DNA of 64,000 nt from Massalongia carnosa (taxonomy: Eukaryota): the NCBI GenBank assembly GCA_965645245.1, contig OZ287083.1, forward strand, positions 620,001 through 684,000, written 5' to 3'. The notes beneath the pieces are model-generated. The model worked only from the letters and a program-made list of their open reading frames with translations, made no database searches and had not been told where the DNA came from. Shown here in pieces: positions 26,910 through 38,371 of the stretch. How positions within the stretch are numbered: the stretch's first letter is position 1; the number at the start of each line of letters is the position of its first letter. The position numbers and the translations under genes are program-made.

Positions 26910-27257
26910 GGTGAGAAACTCAGCTCGATTCGTGGGAGATGGGAATTAACTTGATGGCGTACGTTAATTGATTGTCACCGTTTTGGGCGTGGCGGTAGAC
27001 ATTTCCGGGGTTATTGCGTTAATATGCCCCTCGTATTCTAAAAGCGGTTTAGCACGATTAACTAACTACTCCTAGCCTCGCCCACCTTTTGACAAGATGA
27101 CACGAAAAATTCATCACGTGCTGACATGGACCCTGAATTTTTGGAAATTAATTACCTAAGCACACATAACTTATACGACAATTAGTAGAATATCGGAGTA
27201 CCTCGATTTACTAGGTATTTGCACTTATAATCAGGAATCTTTCTATTATCATCTATT

Positions 27258-29256
27258 ATGTCTCAACGAGGTGGACGTCAGAAAAATCACCTGGTAGATG
27301 AGAATTTCAAGGATATCATTACTGAGGGCTTAAAAAATCCTCAACATCAATGCATTCATTGCGGTCATCAATCAACCAGAAATGCTGCTAGGGGACAACA
27401 GCATCTAAATCAATGTGATGCCTATCAAAAAGAGAAAGCTAGAAAACAGAAGGGTATTCTCAGTAATGCCTCTATTCAACTGCCCATCACTACGTTGATT
27501 CGTCCCCTTAATCAAGCCCAAATTGCATCAGCACATCGAGCAGCTGCGATGTCTGTCTATATGACAAATCTGCCATTTAACCACTTCGAAAATCCGTACG
27601 TTATTGCTCATCATCAGGCACTTAATCCGGGCTATAAACCTCCTCATTCTGGCCTTGTTGCTGGCAAGCTGTTGGACGAAATCTATGGCATCGTTAAATC
27701 GAAAGTTATCAAGGAATTGAATGCTTCTAATTACCTGAACTTCTTCACTGACGAGACAGCCAACATTCGAAAAGAACGTGTTATAAATCTCTGTTGTCAT
27801 GTTCCCCCGTCCGCCACCTCCAATGGAGGAGGATTTCAATTGAAAGCTGATGCTAGTGTTGCCGAGAAGATGAGTGCTGTCGTTCAAGCTCAATGGGTGA
27901 TAAAAGGTTGTAGGGAAGCAACCAACGATCAGCTTTGGAGAATCAATTGCATTGCCACTGATACGTGTGCAACCATGAAGGCTATGTGGACGGAGATAGC
28001 AAAATTTCCAGAGATGAAACACGTGTTTTTCGTTCCCTGCGACAGTCATGGTCTGCAATTGCTGATGGAGACATACTGAAATTTCCATTCTTTTCGGAGG
28101 TTATAGAAAAGGCACAATTGATAGTAACCAGCTTTCGGGGGTCGAATAAGGAAATGTCCATTTTAAGGGGTTATCAAATGAAGGTATGCCAAATTCTTGA
28201 ATTATTAAACTTTCTGATGACCAACCTTTCTGATGATCAAACTTCTAGGCCTATCAACAACGTCGTTCATTGATTCTTAACGTTCTTACCAGATGGGGAA
28301 CGACGATAGGCTTATTAAACTCAGTCCTCAGGAATCAGCAGGCCTTATTGGATTATTTTCAACAAAAGAATCCCGGTATTGATCAGGGAAGAAAGAATTC
28401 TTTGAGAAGCTTCGTCAATGACTTTTCTTTTTGGAAAAAGCTGACCATTGTCAAGAAAGTGATGGATCCCATACATCAGTTTCAATACATGTCCGAGGCC
28501 GAAGAGCATAAACTTTATACCATAGCCAACACCTGGAATAAGATTCGATCTCATCTATATTCAATGGCTGCCAATGAAGACGACGAGACGGATTTGAATC
28601 ACATTGCTCAGGTGATTTGGGAAGACAGATATCTCAGTCAGATTACTGAGCTTCATGTGGTAGCAGCTCTTTTGCTTCCTCAGAATCATGCTATAAAGGT
28701 GATTGGCGTATCTACGGAGCCGACATTTGCTCCGCTAATGCATAGATTTTTCAATCAACATCTGACTAGTGCAGAGGCAGCTACTGCCATGAAGCAATGG
28801 CTCGCATTTCGCGATCAAGAAGATGGCTTTCATACAAGCTCCGAATGCTGGACGTATCAAATGGATCCGGAGCTGTTTTGGACATTCAGCAGAAATTTTG
28901 CATCAACCCTTAGCAGCTTAGCCAGAAAGGTGATGAAACTTCCTGGTAATTCGGTATTGGCCGAAAGAAGCTGGTCGGTAATGAATCTGATCATGAATAA
29001 AACGCGCAATTCCATGAGCTCGATAAGCGTAGATAAACTCATGTTTATCTACATGAATGAGCGTACCCTCAACCGACCTGGGGATATCAAAAAGAAGTTA
29101 CAATTTGCTGGCATCGACATTGACGAAAGCGATCTATGTGAAATGGAAGACAGATTGCTGTAGGATGAAATTGTCATTCAGGAGTCCTTGACGTCATCGA
29201 AACGTCCGGCCAGTCAAGAAATAGGAGGTGATTCAGCGAGATCATGGGTTGAATAA
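27258..29256 (+). pseudogene. hAT-family transposase (BED finger, DUF659-like region, hAT dimerisation domain), frameshifted
   Basis: HQCIHCG...QQHLNQC (BED); FFTDET and IATDTCATM (two Asp); PCDSHGLQL (CxxH); TRW; GNSVLAERSWSVM (Glu). A 1-nt deletion lies near 28068, an intron at 28184-28248, and TAG at 29161 is followed by 30 more open codons to TAA at 29256. Confidence 0.9.
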
Positions 29257-29484
29257 GTAGAAATACATACAATTAATTGTATGACGATGACCGGCAAAAT
29301 TACGTACTTTTTAAGTTTACTATTTGCTGACTTTTCCCCGCCTTTCCCCCTTTCCGCACCTCCCTACCCACCCCCTCCCCCCCTGCAAATAATCCATGAA
29401 AGTTTCACTCATGAAGATGACAGTGAAAGTTTCGCCCGATCGGGTTAGGCAAACTTTCAGTGTTCTTTTCAAATCGGAGCCCTA
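27258..29484 (+). mobile_element. hAT DNA transposon remnant; candidate right end ...AATCGGAGCCCTA at 29484, left end not found
   Basis: Transposase as above; subterminal repeats GAAAGTTTC at 29398 and 29425 and an inverted copy at 29451. The terminus reads TAGGGCT on the minus strand, as in many hAT ends. Confidence 0.7.
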
Positions 29485-29516
29485 GTTGTGACTGCTTCTT
29501 CATCCACTTGGAACGG

Positions 29517-30853
29517 CACGCGGGTGACAAAATAAATTGCAACGTGTAAGCGAATTTACCCCCCCTTTTTTATTCAAATTTTCATCTCATCATCAACCAT
29601 CATCTGCATAGCTGATAATATTCATCTAAATTACATGAGATCAATAACCAGTCATCGCCCCCTTTGCATCTTTTACCTCTTTCAATCTTTTGGGCATGGA
29701 TAACACCCTTTCATTGATAAATTCCTGACTGACTCGAGCCCATCCCTCCCTAATCAGCTGCTCCAAACTTGCATCGTCCCAATGAGGAAATTTACGAACA
29801 TGCTGCTTTGCGGGCTGCCAGCAATTTTCAATGGAGGCTAGATCAGGAGATGAAGCACAATTGAAATAGTGCTCTAAATCGTGATCTAACTTCCACTTTT
29901 TGACCGCGTTTCGTGTCTTGCCCGTGCCATGACCAGAGTCTCCATCTTCTTCAAGTACGAAGTCATCTCCACGCTCCAACCAGGGCTTGACAACGGGATC
30001 AAGAATAGCGTCAATATACACCTGATGAGTCATTTTTCCATTGCTATTGCTGGGCACATCGTAGAAGTAGATATCCGACTTGAAATTGTAACCAACTGCT
30101 GCCCAGCAGTGCTTTCTTTTACGATCTTTCTCAGGTGGTGCATCACGATGCTGAATACAATCCCAACGATATCTTGTTCCGGGCTTACGAATGATTCGTA
30201 ACTGTCCTTCAGGCCCGTAGCCAAAATGAATCTCATCGCTGAATCGTACGCGATGCCAGTCTTCGGACCGAGGATATTTATTTAACATAACTGTAGCAAA
30301 TTCTTCTCTTCTTTCTTGTGATGCCATTGCCAGCCACCCTTTGACACAGGCTAGACATTTGTGATAATTCAAGGCAGCTGTAAGAGTTCTCTTCATTGTA
30401 CGTCCCATCACGTCGGCCCCAATCTCCTGTGCTAAAGCATCCCATGTGTAGCGTTTTCCTTCCAATTGTAGATCTTGATCCTGCAGAATGTGATCTGCCT
30501 CCTTCAGCTGATCATCACTAATATTTCGCTTTCGACCCCGAGTCTCAACGAGAGAAGAATTGTGACGTGTGCGAGAAGAAGCTCCGCTTTTGATGATGTT
30601 ATAGCCCGCTCGCTCGGCCACGCCAAATTCCTGAAAAATGGCCCGTGGATCGAATGGAATTGCATGTGAGATGAGAAATTGATAAGCTCCTTGAACTTTG
30701 GCCTTTTTGGGCCTTTGTGGGAGTATCATAATGAGGCTTTTTGGGTCGAGACATTGATGATGAGATAAAAAGTTGAAAAAAAGGAGGGTGTTTTGATGGG
30801 GCATTCAGGGGTAAATTCGCTTACACGTTGCAATTTATTTTGTCACCCGCGTG
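29517..30853 (-). mobile_element. Intact 1337-bp Tc1/mariner (IS630-like) DNA transposon with perfect 46-bp TIRs
   Basis: TIRs at 29517-29562 and 30808-30853 (CACGCGGGTGACAAAATAAATTGCAACGTGTAAGCGAATTTACCCC) enclose one transposase ORF; AACGG flanks both sides. Confidence 0.95.
29641..30804 (-). CDS. Tc1-like DDE transposase (DD38E spacing)
   Basis: Uninterrupted 387-aa ORF with ETRGRKR, W.RVRFSDEIHFG, CWAAVGY, FVLEEDGDSGHG, SSPDLASIENCW and SMPKRL...KGAMTGY. I count 38 residues between the second Asp and the Glu. The true start may be a downstream ATG. Confidence 0.93.
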   Translation of the reverse strand: MPHQNTLLFFNFLSHHQCLDPKSLIMILPQRPKKAKVQGAYQFLISHAIPFDPRAIFQEFGVAERAGYNIIKSGASSRTRHNSSLVETRGRKRNISDDQLKEADHILQDQDLQLEGKRYTWDALAQEIGADVMGRTMKRTLTAALNYHKCLACVKGWLAMASQERREEFATVMLNKYPRSEDWHRVRFSDEIHFGYGPEGQLRIIRKPGTRYRWDCIQHRDAPPEKDRKRKHCWAAVGYNFKSDIYFYDVPSNSNGKMTHQVYIDAILDPVVKPWLERGDDFVLEEDGDSGHGTGKTRNAVKKWKLDHDLEHYFNCASSPDLASIENCWQPAKQHVRKFPHWDDASLEQLIREGWARVSQEFINERVLSMPKRLKEVKDAKGAMTGY

Positions 30854-31139
30854 AACGGATTAACCTTCGACCACTCGGCTTCGGATCAACCATCGGCCGT
30901 TGATTCATCCTGTGCAAGATGAAGGCCATGAGCCCGCTTCGCCAGGCTCTCATAACCAGGTGAGATTCGCAGAGTTCCCAGATTTCGTAACTGTTTATCC
31001 CAAAACTTTCTGTTTTTTCCGTTACATTATGTTCCATGATTTTGTATTCTCACTGCATATGTATCAGATTAAGCAAGGACAATACTATATACAGCTTGGC
31101 AGACGCTAACACCCCAAAAAGCAACGCATACCAAATGTG

Positions 31140-34100
31140 ATGCCCATATCTACCGACACCTTCTTAGCCACTCAACCTACAGTTGAAAACAGAACATCGT
31201 GGGTTTGCAAAGGCGATGATCGTAGACATGATGATCGAGGAATTCCTCGTCCTGGGCCTGACGAGAGCCAGTCTACATGCACGCTCTCGGCGGAAAAAAT
31301 GTTTTTTAATGATTTCTCCAATTGGATGCCCTTAGGAAGTGCCATGTTTGATCCGGGTGACGCCCACAACGTACCCATTTCCGAAGAATGGGAGGAGACT
31401 ATTGTTGATCGGGGTTTGCTTAGCCGCCGTTATCCTCAGCTGCTCCCCTTGTGGGAAATTTTCCGTCTTAAAATTGTTAGATTGAGGCAGAGAAGACACC
31501 GGCTCCATGACCAGAAAGTGACTGTCCGGTTTTATATACTTCCTGAAGACGTGGGACAACGGTTTGTGCTTCGGGTAGGGTCAAAGCCACGTAAGTGCTT
31601 GAAGAGCCTGATGATGTTACTTGATACATCGTTCGAATCGTGGGAAGGGCGTAACGACTCCACCGACCCAACTCAGCAAGTTGTGCAGCAGCTAGAAAAA
31701 GAATCGCTTTTTTACATGTTCAACACCCTCCCTTCTCCGTCTCCCGATCCTGATCGAGCCGCTTGTCCAGTTGCAAGGGCTGCCATGATCTCTCTCCTCT
31801 CCGTCGAAGTCATGCGTGGTCTGAAAACTGCTCTTTATTCCTACCAAAAGCGCAGCGCAGCAGAAATGGTTAGGCGAGAAACTAGCCCGTCTCGTACGCT
31901 TGATCCGCGCCTCGATAGCATGGAAGGCCCCACTGGAATGTCCTACTACTATGACAAAATGAGCGGGATATTGCTCTGTGGTAGACGAGAATATGAAGAG
32001 GCAAGGGGTGGTATATTGGCCGAGGTATGCTAGACCCAAACCTCATTATAGAAGGCATCGGTGCTAATCAAGCTGTTAGACAATGGGGTTGGGCAAAACA
32101 ATGATATGCTTAGCTACTATCCTAGCGACGAAAGGGCACTGGCCCCAGATTCCACCAAGTTACTCTGTGGGCCTGAATCCGGTCCGGCCCAAAGTTGCTA
32201 GTTTGTTGCAGATGACGGCAGCTGCGATTGGGCGCGAACAGATCCCGTGGAGAACGTATTTTCAGAACCTTTCAGAGGCCGGAGAGCATCTCGCTAACTG
32301 TACCACGGCCCTTGAGGAAAACCTTGGTTCTTACTTTATTCCACCGCTACCTACCCGAGGTCGTGCGCAGGCAGTGGCTTCGGAAGGTCAGAGGATTCAT
32401 CTTTGCACTGCAACACTCATCATAGTACCGCCTAACTTGGTCCTCCAATGGAGGCGTGAGATTACTTTACACCTCAAGCCAGGTGCGCTAAAAGTGCTTT
32501 TCATATATCGTGGCGAAAAATTGATGCCTCCCTTGGTCGAACTGCTGTCCTATGACGTTATCCTCATGTCGAGAAAACGGTTCGAACAGGAGTTTAACAT
32601 CAATCAGCCTTACCCTTGGCCCAAGAAGGCGAATGGCTACCCTTCCACATCTAATAGAATCCCTGATCATTTTGAAAATGGTCGGTACCACACGCCCCTC
32701 AAGGATTTACACTTTCTACGCATTATAGTGGATGAAGGGCACGATTTCGCGTCTACAGGGGGGAAGAACATGGCAACTGCAGCGCTTCATAGTCTTCATG
32801 TTGAACGTAGATGGATCGTAAGTGGAACTCCAACTACTGGCCTTCTTGGCGTTGAAGTCGGTCTTGCCACCCACGAGACCTCCGAAGGGGAGGTAGCGCC
32901 TCGTCACGAATCAAATCAATCCGCTCTAGATGCAAGAAGAGAGGTAATGCATCAGGCGCAAGAAAGATCGGATCTTGAAAAGCTTGGCTCGATTGTGGTT
33001 GATTTCCTACGATTGAGTCCGTGGGCCAATTCTAAGGATGACGATCCTGCTTCATGGGCCAAACTAATCACGCCGCTTGGGGAAGTTCATAGAAAGCCAA
33101 CGTCCCTGAGGAAACTTTTGGAAAGCCTAGTTGTTCGCCACCAGATACAAGCGGTAGAAGACGACCTTCAGCTACCCTCCCTTCATAATCGAGTTGTGTA
33201 CTTGGAGCCTAGTTGGCACGACAAGCTCAGCTTTAACTTGTTCGTTCTGACTCTTACAGCGAACGCCGTAACCTCGGAGCGTGTCGACCAGGATTACATG
33301 TTCCATCCACGCAACCGGGCTCAACTTGATCACCTGATTATGAATTTGAGGCAATCAGCCTTCTATTGGACGAGTTTTTCTTCCGAAGACATCTCCAAGA
33401 CCTTGGAGGTCTGCCAGGAGTATCTCGACAAGACGTCTCGTTTGGAAGATCGGGAGCTGCTCCTAGATGCCATGTTAATGGGCAAGAAGGCTCTAAGATC
33501 ATCCTCATGGAGGGCCTTTGCGGATCTCCACGAGCTGGGCGTCTATGTTGACGACTTCCCAGAAGATGCTAGCTACGCATGGTCCCTGGTGAATGAAACG
33601 GCCGAAGATACTATTCTTCTCGGAGCCACCCATTTAATCGAGGCACAGAAATATGTTGACGCGCGTCGGGACTCTTCTGAACCTACCGTGGGACTTGATT
33701 CCCTTGGCTTGCGGATGATCTGGGATCGTGGAGACCAGAAGACTTTTGAAGAGCCTAAATTGACGGTAAGAAACACTGTTTCGAGGCAAAAGCCAAGTCT
33801 CAAACCCCGCCATGTGCAACAAGCCCAAGATGGTGCTATTTCTGGCGCTGCCAACAATTTTGGGAACCCGGAACCTCTTAAGTCAGCAATGAAGACTTCA
33901 CTACCAAGTGCGGATTCTCCGTTAGCAAAGACGAAGATTTCCGGGACGGCGTCTGCTAAGCTTAGCTATCTTCTTGATAGAGTTATCGCACTACAACAAA
34001 ACGAGAAGATTCTCATCTTTTACGAAGGGGATCAGATTGCGTATTACATCGCCCAAGCCTTTGATCTCCTCAGCATCGAGTACCGGATTTATACCAGGAC

Positions 34101-34854
34101 GCTTTCCACCTACAAGCGAAATTCGTACATCGACAACTTCAACGAGTCGGAGACTACGCGAGTCTTGTTGATGAACGTGCGCCAAGCTGCGCATGGGCTT
34201 CACATCGCTAGCGCGTCTCGGGTCTTCTTTGTCAATCCGGTTTGGCAGCCTAACGTTGAAGCGCAGGCGATCAAACGTGCGCACCGTATCGGACAGACTC
34301 GACCGGTGTATGTGGAGACGCTAGTTCTCAAGGACACAATTGAGGATCGAATGCTGAAACGAAGAAAAAAGATGACTACCGAAGAGCATCAAACGGCCAA
34401 GAAGAGCCTCGTAGACGATCCAATCATGGGTGCGATCATCAAGGATGCGAGACCCATTCCGCTTTCGAAAGAGGAGGCGCTCGATATGGGGAAGCAAATG
34501 GCGCGCCTAGAGACCCCACAGTATCTATTTAGCCACTTCGCCAAGGATGCGTCGGGCATTGACAATACAGACCACGATCTTGACGCCGACCCTATGAAGC
34601 AACGCCGCAAACGAAAGCTAGTAGAATTTGGCGCCGATGCGACTGAACCACCAACAAGTAGCGAGACTCCGTTACCAGCACCGAGATTTGGGGACCCATA
34701 CCCACCGGGCGCGAGAGACAACCAGGCAAGGCCTGATCTCGTGAACAACCAGCACGACCTTGCAGAACCAAGACCACGAAAAAGAGTAGCTTTTGCAATC
34801 GATGATGCAGAATCCTCGCAAGCTGAAATCCCGCATTCTAGCCTGTTCGGATAA
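31140..34854 (+). CDS. SNF2-family (Rad5/16-like) helicase/ATPase; 5' end uncertain
   Basis: LYSYQKRS; GGILAE|TMGLGKT across an intron near 32025-32080; TLIIVPPNLVLQW; IIVDEGH; RWIVSGTP; SAKLSYL; AAHGLHIASASRVFFVNPVWQPNVEAQAIKRAHRIGQ. No RING finger was seen. Confidence 0.9.
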
Positions 34855-35257
34855 GTATCCCTCACGATGACCGAACGAGATTCTCGGCACATGCAGGCGA
34901 TCTCTTCCTCCACTCACGTTTTAAATAATTTACAGCAAAGGCGTTTGGTTCTATAGAAAAGGGAAGGGAAAAAAAAGCATAACGAATACCCCGGGGCACG
35001 TTATGAGATAGATACCCCCCCCAATTGCAGAATAGGCGCCAACGGGGTCAGTTCGGCAAAGAAGCCAAACAAACAAAGTGAGCGCTTTCCTTCCCCATCC
35101 ATTCGTCCATCGGGATTTTATTCCCCCCATTCTCGCAACCGTGTGCTGTGAAGACATGCGGATCGAATGCTGAGATATACTCTGGACTCTGAACTCTGGA
35201 CCTACTTTGGACACTTTATATGATGCTGGATGCTAGTTCAGAAGATCCGGGTCCGCC

Positions 35258-35328
35258 GTAGTAGTAGTAGTAGTAGCAGCTAGCATTAAGATGCGAGAGT
35301 TGTTGTTGTTGTTGTTGTTGTTGTTGTT
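35258..35328. repeat. Microsatellites (GTA)n and (GTT)n
   Basis: Read directly from the sequence. Confidence 0.9.
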
Positions 35329-35966
35329 CTGTTTGTAGGGAAGCCATCATCTAGGAATACTCCGTAATCCATCCATCCATCCATCCACTACGACAGACAC
35401 CATTTTGATACATTATATTATGTTAATCGGTATATCCCTTTCCTCCCCTCTCCAACTCCCTATTAGTTGCTACTCTCCCTCCCCCCCCCCCCCCACACAC
35501 ACACACACACATCCAACCCCCCGAAACCCCAAACCGCCAGAACCAAACAAACAATCCCCCTTCCTCCCTCCACAAAAAACCAACACCTCAACCACAAAAC
35601 GCCACGCCACCCCCCCATCCCATCCTGGCCAAGGAGAGAAAAGGTAAAGAAAAGAATGAAGAGGGGAAAAAAAAGGAAAAAGTATCAAGGGAGACGGAAG
35701 AAGCGGAAAGGAGGGGAGCGAGTATAGAGAGGGTTCGAGCGTTTTGGACGAAGGGGGAAGAGGGAAGGGGGAAGGGGGAGGTTTTATATCGGGAGAAAAG
35801 GAAGAGAACGAGCCGGAATGTAAGTTCCTCGGTTCTATCGGTGATATACCCTGACCGGACGACACCCCTCTGGACACGATAAATATATGGATATTTGACT
35901 GCATTCCATAATCTCAAAAAGCCTACATTTCCAATTTCCCATTTCGGTTTTCTTTTTCCTTTTCTT

Positions 35967-36986
35967 TCAGTTCATACACTCCGCTCGTTTCCCCATCTCC
36001 AACCATTGTTCCCACCAGCCCCTTACACCCAGCACCGCCGCCCGGCCATCATCCTTCCCGTCCCTTCCGTCCGGATCCCCCAAAATGGCGGCGTAAAACC
36101 AGAAAACAGCGGCCACCCACGCGCTCAGCGCGATCCACACGGCGTAAAAGGGCGAGAGCAAGTGGATGAGGAGCAACATGGTTGGATCGCAGCGGCTGGC
36201 GTCCGAGATGTAAGTGGACGAGAATATGAGGCTAAGTTGGAGGTTGAGGGGCGGTGCGAGGAAGATGCAAAGGTGGATGGGGAAGGACGCCTGCGAAGTG
36301 AAAAGAGAGGGCATGGCGAGGAGGAAGAGGAAAGGGGTGACAAGAAGGGTATAGGTTGCTATTAGAAGGGCGAGTAACGGCGAGAGGAGCGATAGGTAGA
36401 CCTAATGAGTTGAGGTGAGCAAAGAATAGGATTAATACCGATCAGAAGCACCGAGAGAGCTTACGAGGATCCAGACTGCGTGTTCTTCCGTACAGGAACT
36501 TTCTCCAAACATGTCGGTGCTCGTGAAGACGAAGGTTATTTGATGGGGCTGCGGGCCTTGAGAGGGAGTATCGGCATATTCGACCCCGGCCTTCTCGGGG
36601 TCCCGGGCTATCCGCAGCCCCAGGGGGTCTTGAGAGTGACTGTTACGGTCGAGATGGTCCTTCTCGGGGTTGGGGGAAAGGCAGGCGATGCCTTCGTGGT
36701 TGGTGGTTACATGTTCACTCCCAAGGCTTTCCACCCGGCTTTCCAGCCAGGCTATCGATGGGGCAAAGGATGTGCTGGGCGACTGCGGCGACTCTGGACG
36801 AAATTGGCGATGTACCGAGGACAAGGAGGTTCCTCTGGAGGACTGGTGCAGGCATTGAAGATACGCTGGTGCTGGGACGCTCGGTTGCTGCCGGCTGGCG
36901 CCGTGTAACCACGTACTAGAGTCGGCGTATGGAGTGATAGGACGATTCTCTCGATGTTCTAGATATTGGGGATATTGCTGACACAT
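35967..36986 (-). CDS. Hypothetical membrane protein (2 exons)
   Basis: ORF 36986-36432 splices (GTAAGC...TTAG) into hydrophobic VYLSLLSPLLALLIATYTLL..., joining ORF 36314-35967 (AAVFWFYAAILGDPDG...DDGRAAVLGVRGWWEQWL). Confidence 0.7.
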
Positions 36987-37613
36987 GACGACATCTACCG
37001 CCCAAAGTTTCGCGAAGCCAACCGAGGCGAGAATGGGCAGCGGATGAGGAAAAGCAACTTCAACGAGCAGGATCAGAAAACGGCATCATGAGCATTAAGA
37101 CGTCCAGGAAAGATTTGCGAGGAAAGAATGAACGGAAAGGAATATCCATGTTGTTCTTTCTCTCTTTTATTATCATTAGAAGCGACAGCGAGAGGTTGTC
37201 TTCTTCTCCTTCTCCTTGGGTATGATATGAGAGCAATCATGTTTGTTTGCGTGCTTGCGTGCTTGGCCTGCCTTGCCTCGTCGCATCGTGAGGGGGTGAA
37301 AGTCTTGGCTGACCGGAAGCCAACTTGAGAGTCTTGGCAAGCCAAGCATCCAAGACAGCCAAGACCGCTAAGATAGCCAAGAAAAGCCAAGAGGATTTGG
37401 ATTTGGATTTGCTTTAAACAGCGAGAGAAGGAGTAGTTACAAGTATACAGAGTGTTGGGACGATGATGAAGACGAGCCTATGACGCGATGACGTGATGAG
37501 GTAACTATTTAGTCAGGTGGTTACTCTGTAATGTGTGTGTTCCTGGTACGGAGTAAGTTACTCGGCACATAAGGCTCGGTTTAGAATATCAATTCAGTAC
37601 GGTTAATACGTCT

Positions 37614-37618
37614 GTATG

Positions 37619-37650
<32 letters not shown>
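37614..37650. repeat. (TATG)n microsatellite
   Basis: Read directly from the sequence. Confidence 0.9.
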
Positions 37651-38371
37651 TAGAGGTAACATACTCGGTATCACGTACTCCCTACTCGGTACTCGGTACT
37701 CGTGATCCACAATTCAATGGATTCAAAGACAGTCACCCGGATCGGGGCATTGGGTGGATACCTTGGCTTAAGGGTAGGTACATTCGTACGCATATGTACC
37801 TGTTGTACTCCGTAACAAGGTACTCTGTACCTACTACTCGGTATGGTTATATCTGCATTGCACCCCCCTGATGCCAATCTTTGCCAATTTTTGCTAATGT
37901 GAAACAATTCTTCGCCCTCTCCCCGTACCCCCCAATTTAGGCCCTATATTGCGATGAGAACCCCCCCCCCAAATCGATCAGACCTAGTACCTACAAAGAA
38001 GAAAACCTGCCCTGGAAACCTGCCCTGGAAACCTAACCCTCTTTCCCCCATGCTTCCCGTCTGACATCTTCCCTATGGTACCCAGACGGGAAAATACGAA
38101 AGTAATGGAAAGGATGCAGAAAAGATCGTGCCCACGATATCATATATACAAGCTCACCGAGGAGGTACGCACAAACACATCTGCTATCCGCCCTGCGTCA
38201 TAACGATGCTCATCAGGGGGACGGCATATCGATTCTCATGGTTCAAAGCACGGTACTGAAGTGATTTGGTCTCTAGTGGACTGGGAAACAGGTTAGCAAG
38301 GTGGCGAAGGGGGCAGCTAAGACAACCGAGAGGATCCCAAGAAGCGGATTTACCGTATTGCCCCAACCAAT

